Part shown: piece after piece, positions 9,648 through 17,570 of the stretch
How the letters are laid out: each line of letters starts with the position of its first letter
How positions within the stretch are numbered: position 1 is the stretch's first letter
Source: Hyphomicrobiaceae bacterium
Lineage (GTDB): Bacteria; Pseudomonadota; Alphaproteobacteria; Rhizobiales; Hyphomicrobiaceae
Reading direction: 5' to 3'
Length of the DNA: 64,000 nt
NCBI GenBank assembly: GCA_035574175.1
Contig: DATLZB010000109.1
Coordinates: forward strand, 310-64,309
Made by a program: the position numbers and the translations under genes
The notes under the pieces: model-generated
The model's input: the letters and a program-made list of their open reading frames with translations, nothing else
Told to the model about the DNA's origin: nothing
The model's database searches: none

Positions 9648-10820
9648 ATGGAAGCCTGGCACTTCACCGAAATGCCCTATCCGTATCTGCCGCCGCTCGA
9701 CACGCTTTCCACCATGCGCGTATCGCTACCAAGCCGACACTTTGATCCGAAGGTCGGGGCCGATCTCTACAACCGGTATTTCGACGAGCACATCATCGCC
9801 TCCGAGCTTGGCCTCAACATGCTGCTCAACGAGCACCATCAGACGGCGACCTGTCTCGACGTGGCGGCTCCCTTGAGCGCTGCCATCCTGGCACGGCAGA
9901 CCAGCAAGGGGCGCATCTGCATCCTCGGCAATCCGATCGCCAACCGCGGCGATCCGATCCGTATCGCCGAAGAGATGGCGATGATCGATTGCTTGTCGCG
10001 GGGGCGCCTCGATGTCGGCTTCGTGCGCGGCGTGCCCTACGAGATCTTCGCGGCCAACACCAACCCGACACAGACGGTGGAGCGGCTGTGGGAGGGCATC
10101 GACCTCATCGTCAAGGCGTGGACCACGACCGACGGACCGTTCAACTTCGAGGGGCGCTTCACACACAAGCGTGCCGTCAACCTGTGGCCGCGCCCCTATC
10201 AGGTGCCACACCCGGCGATCTGGATCACGGGCTCAAGCGACCTCGACAACATCAAGAAGGCGGCGGCGCGCGGTTATGTATTCGCCACCTTCCTGCAACC
10301 TTATGAAAAGGTGCGCTGGATGTTCGAAGGCTACCGCAGCGCCTTCGTCGATTGCGGACTGCCGGGTGGCGGCGGGACGGCCTACATGCCGCTCGTCTAC
10401 ACGGGGGATACGACGGCCGAGGCGGAAGCCGGCGCGCGCGAGCTGATGTGGTACCTCAATGCCAAGTCCGAGCCGCAGTTCCGCAATCCGCCGGGCTACG
10501 TGCCGGTCGCCACCAACGTGCTGGCGCTCAAGGGCAAGTTCTCCGGCCGCACCGAGGCCATGCGCGCCCAGAACCTCGACTTTCTGAAAGAGCAGGGGGT
10601 GCTGATCTACGGCACGCCCGACGATGTGGCCCGGCAGATCAAGCGCTTCTACGATTTGGTCGGCGGCTTCGATCACATCCTGATGATGCAGCAAGCGGGC
10701 TTTCTCGATCACAAGCGGACGGTAAAAAGCATGACGCTGTTTGCCAGGGAGGTCTATCCGCAGATCCGCGGGCTGCCGCGCACCAGGCCGGTTGAGGTAA
10801 AAAGGGCGGCGGAGGCATGA
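9648..10820 (+). CDS. LLM-class (luciferase-like) flavin-dependent monooxygenase
   Basis: MEAWHFTEMPYPYLP...LNMLLNEHHQTA...GRLDVGFVRG is typical of luciferase-like monooxygenases. AAGGAG at 9632-9637 precedes ATG 9648. The stop overlaps the next gene (ATGA at 10817-10820). Confidence 0.85.
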   Translation: MEAWHFTEMPYPYLPPLDTLSTMRVSLPSRHFDPKVGADLYNRYFDEHIIASELGLNMLLNEHHQTATCLDVAAPLSAAILARQTSKGRICILGNPIANRGDPIRIAEEMAMIDCLSRGRLDVGFVRGVPYEIFAANTNPTQTVERLWEGIDLIVKAWTTTDGPFNFEGRFTHKRAVNLWPRPYQVPHPAIWITGSSDLDNIKKAAARGYVFATFLQPYEKVRWMFEGYRSAFVDCGLPGGGGTAYMPLVYTGDTTAEAEAGARELMWYLNAKSEPQFRNPPGYVPVATNVLALKGKFSGRTEAMRAQNLDFLKEQGVLIYGTPDDVARQIKRFYDLVGGFDHILMMQQAGFLDHKRTVKSMTLFAREVYPQIRGLPRTRPVEVKRAAEA

Positions 10821-11650
10821 GGGAAGGAAGCTTCGTTGCGATCGACGGCATCCGGACCCACTACCTCGAGGCGGGCCGCGAGCATCGAGGCAAGCGGCCG
10901 AGCCTGCTCTTGCTTCACTCGGCGGAATACGGCGGCGCGGCGGAGTTCAGCTGGGAGTACAACCTGGAGGCGCTCGGCTGCCACCACCATGTGCTGGCGC
11001 CCGATCATCTTGGCTTTGGCCTCACCGACAAGGTGTTCGACTTCTGCGGCCAGTTCAACCGCCGCATTTCCCACATCCGCCGCTTCCTTGAGGTGATGGA
11101 AACCGGCCCGGTCAACGTCATCGCCAGCTCCATGTCGGGCGGCATGGCGCTTGCCGTCGCGGCCCGCAAAGCGTCAGACTGGCCGATCGTCAAGCTCGTC
11201 GTCTCATCCGGGGGAGGCGAGGCGCCCGACAACGCGGCGCGGAAGATCCTCAACAGTTACGACGGCACGCGCGAGCACATGCGCCGAATCCTGGGCGTGA
11301 TGTTCCTTGACAAGAAGTGGGCGCACGATGGGGCTTACGTGGAGCGGCGCTGGGAGATGTCGCGGTTGCCGGGGGCCTGGGAGGCGACCACGGCAGCCCG
11401 GTTCAAGGCGCCGTTCCGAGAGGCCGGCGCCACCAAGGAGCGTGACGTCATCGACTACGCCGCCATCCGCGTGCCGGTGCTGGTGTTCGCCGGTCGCCAC
11501 GATCCGTTGCGCAAGCCCGGTCACTGGCAGGATTTCGTGCCGCGAATACCGAACGCTCAGCTCCACATCTTCGAACGAGCGGCCCACATGGGCCACATCG
11601 AGTGTGCAGAGGAGTTCAACGCACGGGTGCTCGCGTTCCTGGGTGAATAG
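10817..11650 (+). CDS. alpha/beta hydrolase (C-C bond hydrolase-like)
   Basis: THYLEAG...LLLLHS N-terminus, nucleophile elbow ASSMSGGMA and His motif AAHMGHIECAEEF. Translationally coupled to the LLM gene. Confidence 0.8.
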   Translation: MREGSFVAIDGIRTHYLEAGREHRGKRPSLLLLHSAEYGGAAEFSWEYNLEALGCHHHVLAPDHLGFGLTDKVFDFCGQFNRRISHIRRFLEVMETGPVNVIASSMSGGMALAVAARKASDWPIVKLVVSSGGGEAPDNAARKILNSYDGTREHMRRILGVMFLDKKWAHDGAYVERRWEMSRLPGAWEATTAARFKAPFREAGATKERDVIDYAAIRVPVLVFAGRHDPLRKPGHWQDFVPRIPNAQLHIFERAAHMGHIECAEEFNARVLAFLGE

Positions 11651-11730
11651 GCAAGCTCCGCTCCTGCGGCGGGACGCCCTCTCCAAGCGCGTTCAGGCGG
11701 ACGGAGGATACAGCCCGGCAATCAGGCTCG

Positions 11731-12423
11731 CTATGCCCGCTGCTCGGCGGCCCCACTCTCGGCGAGCAGCGCCCCGAGCTCGCTGAGCGAGACGACCGCG
11801 GCGTACTTGGTCAGGTCGAACAGGTTGGTCGCATGGGCAAATGCCGACCGGTCAAAGCAGCAGTCGTCGACGACAAGGGTGTTGAAGCCGTGCGAGGCGG
11901 CATCGACGGCGGTCGCCCGCACGCAGCCCGAGGTGGAAACGCCGCAGACGACGACAGTGTCGATCCCTTGCCGCACGAGGTAGGCCAAGAGCGGGGTCTG
12001 GAAGAAAGCGCTCGCCTTGGTCTTCTCCAGCACCCACTCGCCGTCGCGCGGCGCGATTGCCGCGGGAAACTCGCTGAAGCGGGCAGCGTTCCTTGGAACG
12101 CCGCGCTTCGACCTCGTCGATTTGCCGGTGAACGGCACATCCTTCAGATCGCTGCGCGTGAAGACGACTGGCAGGCGGCGGTCGCGGAAGAGCCCGATCA
12201 AGGCGGCAATGCGCGGCATCGTTTCCCACGAGACCGGGCCGCAGGCCGGCTGGAATTCGGCAATGGCCTCATCCAGGGTCAGACCTTCAGAGCCGGTGAA
12301 GCCGTAGGTGACGTCGACGACGATCAGGGCCGGCCGTGCGCCAAGGCTCGCGCCATCGGCAAAGCCGATCTTCTCATATAGGGCCAGCTCCGACCGCGGG
12401 ATCAGCTTCATCCATTCCTTCAT
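11731..12423 (-). CDS. isochorismatase-family cysteine hydrolase
   Basis: ALIVVDVTYGF, DTVVVCGVSTSGCVRATAVDA (catalytic Cys context). Overlaps the upstream flavin reductase gene by 4 nt. Confidence 0.85.
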   Translation of the reverse strand: MKEWMKLIPRSELALYEKIGFADGASLGARPALIVVDVTYGFTGSEGLTLDEAIAEFQPACGPVSWETMPRIAALIGLFRDRRLPVVFTRSDLKDVPFTGKSTRSKRGVPRNAARFSEFPAAIAPRDGEWVLEKTKASAFFQTPLLAYLVRQGIDTVVVCGVSTSGCVRATAVDAASHGFNTLVVDDCCFDRSAFAHATNLFDLTKYAAVVSLSELGALLAESGAAEQRA

Positions 12424-12989
12424 GAGGTCTCCTCGAGCGGCTCCGTGCGGCTACGGCGGGCTCCGGCCGGCATTTTGCCACCCGGCTCTGGCAGCACGGC
12501 CGCATCCGCGGCGTAGCAGCCGTTCTGATAGAGTAGCGGGGCGACGTCACTGCGCATGCGCACGTCGACGACACGACCAATGAAGATCGTGTGCGACCCA
12601 TACTCGACCATCTTGTCCTTGATGCAGAATACGTTGGCCTGGGCATCGGCGAGATAGGGCGCGGACGCGGCGTCCATCCGCCAGTCGCCGCAAGCAAAGC
12701 GGTCGGCGCTCGAGAGCGGGCTCGCAAAGAGCCGCGAGGTTTGCAAATTGTCCACGTGCAGCAGGTTCACACAGAACCGCTCGCCCGCCACGAGATGATT
12801 GTGAAGGCGGCTGTCTCGGTTAATGCACACCAGCATCGAGGGCGGGTCCATGCTCACCGATGTGACGGCCGTCGCCGTGGTGCCGTGCCGTTCTCCGTTG
12901 CTCCACACGGTCACGATGCTGACGGTGCTGGCGAAGCGGCGCATGGCGTCGCGGAACGCGCTCGCTACCGCTCGCGCCTGCCCATCCAT
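12420..12989 (-). CDS. flavin reductase family protein (NAD(P)H:flavin oxidoreductase component)
   Basis: FRDAMRRFASTVSIVTV...GTTATAVTSVSMDPPSMLVCINR is the flavin_reduct domain signature. GGGAG precedes ATG 12989. Confidence 0.85.
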   Translation of the reverse strand: MDGQARAVASAFRDAMRRFASTVSIVTVWSNGERHGTTATAVTSVSMDPPSMLVCINRDSRLHNHLVAGERFCVNLLHVDNLQTSRLFASPLSSADRFACGDWRMDAASAPYLADAQANVFCIKDKMVEYGSHTIFIGRVVDVRMRSDVAPLLYQNGCYAADAAVLPEPGGKMPAGARRSRTEPLEETS

Positions 12990-13148
12990 CGCAGCTCCCT
13001 TTCGGAATGACGAGATGAGCGATCCTAACGCGCTCGCAGGGTGAGATCAAAGCCGCGGCCGGCGACAAGGAGGCCGTTGACAGCAGGGGGCAGTGGTCGC
13101 CATGAATGGCGCCGGTCGGCCCACGGCCAGCGCAACTGGAGGAGCCTG

Positions 13149-14207
13149 ATGACGTTTGCCCGCGTTCGCAAGACTAAGACCGCCGCCACCATTGGTGTTG
13201 TCGCGCTCGTGACAGGGGTCACGTCGATCGATCCGGCTGAAGCCCAGTCTGCGGAGGAGTTCTACAAGGGCAAGACCATCGAGCTCGTCATCGGCTATTC
13301 TCCGGGCGGCGGTTACGACACCTATGCCCGTCTGATCGCGCGCCATCTCGGCAACCACATTCCCGGGAAGCCGTCGATCGTGCCGAAGAACATGCCGGGC
13401 GCGGGCAGCCGCGCTGCGGCGCAGTATGTCTACAACGTTGCACCCAAGGACGGCACCGTGCTCGCCACCGTCGACCAGTCGATGGCGGTGCAGCAGGCGA
13501 TGGGTGATCCGTCGATCAAGTTCGATACCAACAAGTTCATCTACATCGGCAATCCGGCTTCTGAGAACAATACCATCGTGACTTGGCACACGAGTGGCAT
13601 CAAGACCATCGAGGACGCCAAGAAGCAGGAGGTGCCGATGGGCTCGACGGGGTCCAACACTTCCTCGCAGTATGTTCTCGCGCTCAACGCGCTCGCCGGC
13701 ACCAAATTCAAGGTGATCGCCGGCTATCCGGGCGGTAACGACATCAATCTCGCCATGGAGAAGGGCGAGGTGGCCGGGCGTGGCAGCAACTCGTGGGGAT
13801 CGTGGAAGGCGACGCGGCCGCAGTGGCTCGCGGAAAAGAAGATCAACATCCTGGCTCAGGTCGGCCTCAAGAAGACGGCCGACCTGCCCGATGTGCCGCT
13901 GCTCATGGATCTGGTGTCGAGCGAGGAGGACCGAGCGGCCATGCGCCTGCTGTCGTCGCCGACCACGATCGGGCGGCCGATCTTTACGACGCCCGGCGTG
14001 CCAGAGGAGCGGGTGAAGGCGCTGCGCGCCGCCTTCGACCAGATGATCAAGGACCCGGCTTTTCTCGAGGAGGCCAACAAGCTCAAGCTCGATATCGACC
14101 CGGTTTCGGGCGAGGAGCTGCAGCGCATCGTCGCCGACATCGTCGCCACGCCGAAGCCCATCGCGGAGCGGCTGCTCAAGGCCATCGGCGGATTCGAGAA
14201 GCCTTAG
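13149..14207 (+). CDS. Bug-family tripartite tricarboxylate transporter substrate-binding protein (TctC-like), orphan
   Basis: Signal peptide MTFARVRKTKTAATIGVVALVTGV...AEA. Followed by IELVIGYSPGGGYDTYARLIARHLG...VPKNMPGAGS, typical of Bug/TctC proteins. No tctA/tctB nearby. Confidence 0.8.
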   Translation: MTFARVRKTKTAATIGVVALVTGVTSIDPAEAQSAEEFYKGKTIELVIGYSPGGGYDTYARLIARHLGNHIPGKPSIVPKNMPGAGSRAAAQYVYNVAPKDGTVLATVDQSMAVQQAMGDPSIKFDTNKFIYIGNPASENNTIVTWHTSGIKTIEDAKKQEVPMGSTGSNTSSQYVLALNALAGTKFKVIAGYPGGNDINLAMEKGEVAGRGSNSWGSWKATRPQWLAEKKINILAQVGLKKTADLPDVPLLMDLVSSEEDRAAMRLLSSPTTIGRPIFTTPGVPEERVKALRAAFDQMIKDPAFLEEANKLKLDIDPVSGEELQRIVADIVATPKPIAERLLKAIGGFEKP

Positions 14208-14226
14208 GCCGTCCGCGAGGCCTTTT
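14206..14226 (+). terminator. weak terminator-like hairpin after the TctC-like gene
   Basis: AGGCC (14206-14210) / GGCCT (14219-14223), followed by TTT. The stem is only 5 bp. Confidence 0.3.
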
Positions 14227-14230
14227 GAGC

Positions 14231-15085
14231 TTAGGTCTCGTCGACCACGCCGTTGCGCAAGGTGCCGATCTCCGGCACCTCGATCTCGAGCACGTCGCCG
14301 GGCTTCAGCCACTTCGGCGGGTCGGAATGGCTGCCTGCGCCGGTGGGCGTGCCGGTCAGGATGTGATCGCCGGGCTTCAAGGTGGTGAACGTGGAGATGT
14401 AGTTGATGAGCCAAGCGAAGCCCCACATCAACCGGTCGGTGGTGTCGTCCTGGCGCAGCTCGCCGTTGACGCGGCAGGTCAGGTGCAGCGGCTTCCTCGG
14501 ATCGAGCTGATCCGACGTCACGATCCACGGCCCCAGGCTGCCAGAGGCGTCAAAGTTCTTGCCCTGCGTGATGTTGAGGCTGCCGTGGCGCACCCAGTCG
14601 CGCAACGTGCCCTCGTTGGCAAGGGTCAGTCCAGCGATGAAGTCAAAGGCGCGCTCCTGGGGAATGTGGCGGCCTTGCTTGCCGATCACGATCACCACCT
14701 CGGCCTCGTAATCGAGCTTCTCGGAAACCTTGGGCCGGACCAGGGGCTGGCCGTGGCCGACGAAGGTGCCCGGAAAGCGCACGAAAAGATTGGGGTACTT
14801 GGAGGCTTGCCGGTTGTCCTTGTACTCGGCGTTGCGGTCCGGGTAGTTGATACCCACGCAAAGGAACTTTTCGGGCGCCGGAATGGGTGGCAGCAACTGA
14901 ACTTGGTCGAGCTGGTAGTCCCGGTTACCGGCGGCGGCCGCCTTGGCCTCGCCCAGCGCTCCGGCGCGCAACAGATCGAGCAGGCTCGGATACTGCGGAA
15001 GCTTGCGGCCGAGGTCGATGATGCCGCCATCGGCGACAGCTCCGTAGCTGGTTCGGTCGTTGGCTTTGAAGGTCGCAAGACGCAT
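14231..15085 (-). CDS. fumarylacetoacetate hydrolase (FAH) family protein
   Basis: 284 aa. KFLCVGINYPDRNAE...LDYEAEVVIVIGK...GDHILTGTPTGAG is the FAH-fold signature. GAGGA precedes ATG 15085. Confidence 0.85.
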   Translation of the reverse strand: MRLATFKANDRTSYGAVADGGIIDLGRKLPQYPSLLDLLRAGALGEAKAAAAGNRDYQLDQVQLLPPIPAPEKFLCVGINYPDRNAEYKDNRQASKYPNLFVRFPGTFVGHGQPLVRPKVSEKLDYEAEVVIVIGKQGRHIPQERAFDFIAGLTLANEGTLRDWVRHGSLNITQGKNFDASGSLGPWIVTSDQLDPRKPLHLTCRVNGELRQDDTTDRLMWGFAWLINYISTFTTLKPGDHILTGTPTGAGSHSDPPKWLKPGDVLEIEVPEIGTLRNGVVDET

Positions 15086-15095
15086 GTTTTTTTCC

Positions 15096-15992
15096 TCAGA
15101 TTAGCCCGGCGCGGGCGAGCACCGCGTCGAGGCGCTTCTCAAGTTCGGGCGTGGCCGGCACCAACGGGAGGCGATGCTCGTTGGCAGGGATCAGACCAAG
15201 CCTCCTCATCATGTACTTCACCGGGATCGGGTTGGTGTCGAAGAATACGGCCCGATTGATCTCTTGCAACTTCTGGTGAAGGGTGCGGCCGGCAGCAAGA
15301 TCGCCGCGCCAGACCGCTTCGCAAAGGTCGGCGAGCGCGCGGGGCGCCAGGTTGCCCACGGCGTTCATTAGCCCGCAGGCGCCGACCATCATCATGGGAA
15401 ACGACAGTTCCTCTAGGCCCACGAAAATCCTGAAGTCCTTTCCGATCGCCGTCAGGCAATCGCCCACGAAGGCGAGATCGGGAGCTGCGTGCTTCATGCC
15501 AATCAAGGTGCGCGACTTCTCATGCAGCTCCTTGAGCGTGTCAATGCTGACCGATACCGCAGTGCGTGCGGGGATGTGGTAGATCATCCAAGGCGTAGGC
15601 AGATCCCGAACCGCTGCGAGGAAGTACGCCACGAGGCCGCGCTGGGGCGGGCGGGTGTAATAGGGGGTGACGATCAACAGCGCATCGGCGCCTGCAGCGC
15701 AAGCATGCTCGCTGAGGGCGCGCGTTTCGGGAAGCGATTGCGAACCGGTGGCCGCGATCACAGGCAGGCGTCCTCTTGCGACCTCGACGGCGAGGCTGAT
15801 CAGGCGGTTGCGTTCCTCCAGCGTGAGGGCGGCCGGCTCGGCGCTGGTGCCGTTAACGAGAATGCCGTGGGAGCCGGCGCTTACCTGCAGCTCGATCAAG
15901 CGGGCATAAGTGTCGTAGTCGACCGCGCCGTTGCGGAAGGGCGTGATGAGTGGCGGGATCGAACCTTTGATGCGATCGAGGGGCTGGGGCAT
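15096..15992 (-). CDS. dihydrodipicolinate synthase family aldolase (probably not the biosynthetic DapA)
   Basis: GSIPPLITPF..., LVNGTSAEP (canonical DapA has GTTGE) and a Schiff-base Lys context GMKHAAPD. Sits 10 nt upstream of the FAH gene on the same strand. Confidence 0.8.
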   Translation of the reverse strand: MPQPLDRIKGSIPPLITPFRNGAVDYDTYARLIELQVSAGSHGILVNGTSAEPAALTLEERNRLISLAVEVARGRLPVIAATGSQSLPETRALSEHACAAGADALLIVTPYYTRPPQRGLVAYFLAAVRDLPTPWMIYHIPARTAVSVSIDTLKELHEKSRTLIGMKHAAPDLAFVGDCLTAIGKDFRIFVGLEELSFPMMMVGACGLMNAVGNLAPRALADLCEAVWRGDLAAGRTLHQKLQEINRAVFFDTNPIPVKYMMRRLGLIPANEHRLPLVPATPELEKRLDAVLARAGLI

Positions 15993-16075
15993 GGAGTCGG
16001 ATCAGGCGCTACAGCTAAAACTGCCTCGGGATCTCAATCATGCATCAGGCCAGCGCCGGAACGGTGTCATGCGAA

Positions 16076-16152
16076 TGGTACCGCCTCCTGGGATCGAACC
16101 AGGGACCCCCAGATCCACAATCTGGTGCTCTAACCAGCTGAGCTAAGGCGGC
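16076..16152 (-). tRNA. tRNA-His (anticodon GTG), CCA encoded, no G-1
   Basis: The reverse complement folds as a 77-nt cloverleaf. Acceptor GCCGCCT/AGGCGGT, D arm GCTC-AGCTGGTTA-GAGC, anticodon arm CCAGA-TTGTGGA-TCTGG, T arm CCTGG-TTCGATC-CCAGG, then A73 and CCA. The genomic -1 base is T. Confidence 0.9.
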
Positions 16153-16293
16153 ACGCACGCGACCCCCCGAGCCTCAAGAGCCTCCATCGCGTGCCCGCGT
16201 CAAGCCTAAATAATGCCAGGCGGCGACCAAGCCAAGCGGGCGACGCCGCAAGCCGGCCATAACAGCGCAGCGGGAGCCCGCGAAACGCGTCGC

Positions 16294-16668
16294 TCAGCGC
16301 CTCGGTTGGGCACGTTGGGCCGCTTCCGCCATCAGCCGCCCGAGCTCCTGAGCCTGCTGGGCGTAGACGCTCATCTGGCGCTGAGCGTGGCGGCTCTGGA
16401 TCTCGAAGTACTCCTTCATGTCGCGCGCCTTGGCGAGCTCGGCCGCCATGCGAAACCCGGCTTCGACGTTCTCCTCGGCAAACTTCATGGCCCGCGCCTG
16501 GACTTCTAGCGCGCCCTCCGTCATCGCGCCCGACGACTTGGCGACCATGTCCTGGACCTGGCGCACCATGTCCATGAACTGGGCGTAGGCGGCGCGGGCC
16601 TGCTCGAGATTGCGCTCGGCGAGCTGGCGCAGGGCGTCAGGGATCTCCATCTGCGGGTTGTCGGCCAT
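16294..16668 (-). CDS. phasin family protein (PHA granule-associated)
   Basis: MADNPQMEIPDALRQLAERNLEQARAAYAQFMDM... is alphaproteobacterial phasin-like, helical and about 124 aa. GGAGAC precedes ATG 16668. Confidence 0.75.
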   Translation of the reverse strand: MADNPQMEIPDALRQLAERNLEQARAAYAQFMDMVRQVQDMVAKSSGAMTEGALEVQARAMKFAEENVEAGFRMAAELAKARDMKEYFEIQSRHAQRQMSVYAQQAQELGRLMAEAAQRAQPRR

Positions 16669-16811
16669 TGGGGGTCTCCTTGCTGCACGGCGAGCATCGC
16701 TCTCGTGCAATCTAATGCGGAACCCGCCGCCCCCACCAGAGCGAAAAAGCTTGTGCCCGACGGCAGCAGGCCTCGTGGACGCGAGCTGGTACACAAGCTA
16801 ACAGAAGGGCG

Positions 16812-17570
16812 ATGAACGATTCGATCCACCTTGCAGCTACAGCCGCCGACAGTGCAGTTTCGGGGCCGGACAGCCTACCGACGCCGGACATCGCCAAGCT
16901 CATCCACGAGCTTAAAACTCCGCTTGCGGCCATCGCGGCTCTGGCCGAAATCATGCGCGACGAGCGACTCGGGCCGCTGCCGGACAGGCGCTACCGCGGC
17001 TATGCGGCCGACATCCACGAGAGTGCAATACATGCCATCGGCGTTCTCACCAGCCTGCTCGAGCCAGCACCAGGGCAGAACGCTCGGGCGCCCATGGTGT
17101 TTGCCGAGGTCGATGTTGCAGCCATCGTGGCCAGCTCGGTTTCAACATTTTCTCCGCTTGCGGAGCGGGGCGGCGTTAGGCTGCGGCTCCATTCGCGGCC
17201 GCGATTGCCACATCTCATCGCCGACCGCAGGTCGCTCAAGCAGATCCTTCTCAACCTGATCGCCAATGCCGTGAGGTTCACGCCGCCCGGCGGGGAGGTG
17301 GAGCTGAGCACGCGCTATGAATGCAACACCGCGCTCTGCATAAAGGTGGCCGATAACGGCGACGGCATGAGCGAGGCGGAGCTGCAGCGCGCGCTCAGCG
17401 CAGGGCCGAAGAAGGCCGGCAGACCCCATCGCGCCCGCAGCGGGCTTGGGCTGGAGCTGGTGCGGGCGCTGGCGGCGGCAAACGGCGGGGTGCTTGAGAT
17501 CGAGAGCGCGCGCGGTCAGGGGACCTGCGCGACGGTTCGTTTCGGGCCGGATCGGATCGTTCCGGTCTGA
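16812..17570 (+). CDS. sensor histidine kinase lacking an obvious input domain
   Basis: H-box LIHELKTPLAAI, N box LLNLIANAV, G1 ADNGDGM, G2 SGLGLELV. There are only about 30 residues before the H-box. Confidence 0.8.
   Translation: MNDSIHLAATAADSAVSGPDSLPTPDIAKLIHELKTPLAAIAALAEIMRDERLGPLPDRRYRGYAADIHESAIHAIGVLTSLLEPAPGQNARAPMVFAEVDVAAIVASSVSTFSPLAERGGVRLRLHSRPRLPHLIADRRSLKQILLNLIANAVRFTPPGGEVELSTRYECNTALCIKVADNGDGMSEAELQRALSAGPKKAGRPHRARSGLGLELVRALAAANGGVLEIESARGQGTCATVRFGPDRIVPV

Noticed and set aside
8834-16152. The catabolic cluster as a genomic island integrated at the 3' end of tRNA-His.
   Set aside because: The tRNA 3' end does face the cluster. However, I see no integrase, no transposase and no direct repeat of the tRNA 3' end near 8800. 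I see no obvious compositional break, and the far flank is core ribB. Adjacency alone is not enough.
16669-16811. A PhaR-type operator in the phasin/kinase divergent spacer.
   Set aside because: Only short TGCA-containing pseudo-palindromes (TGCAC...GTGCA) are present. I cannot match a defined PhaR consensus with confidence.
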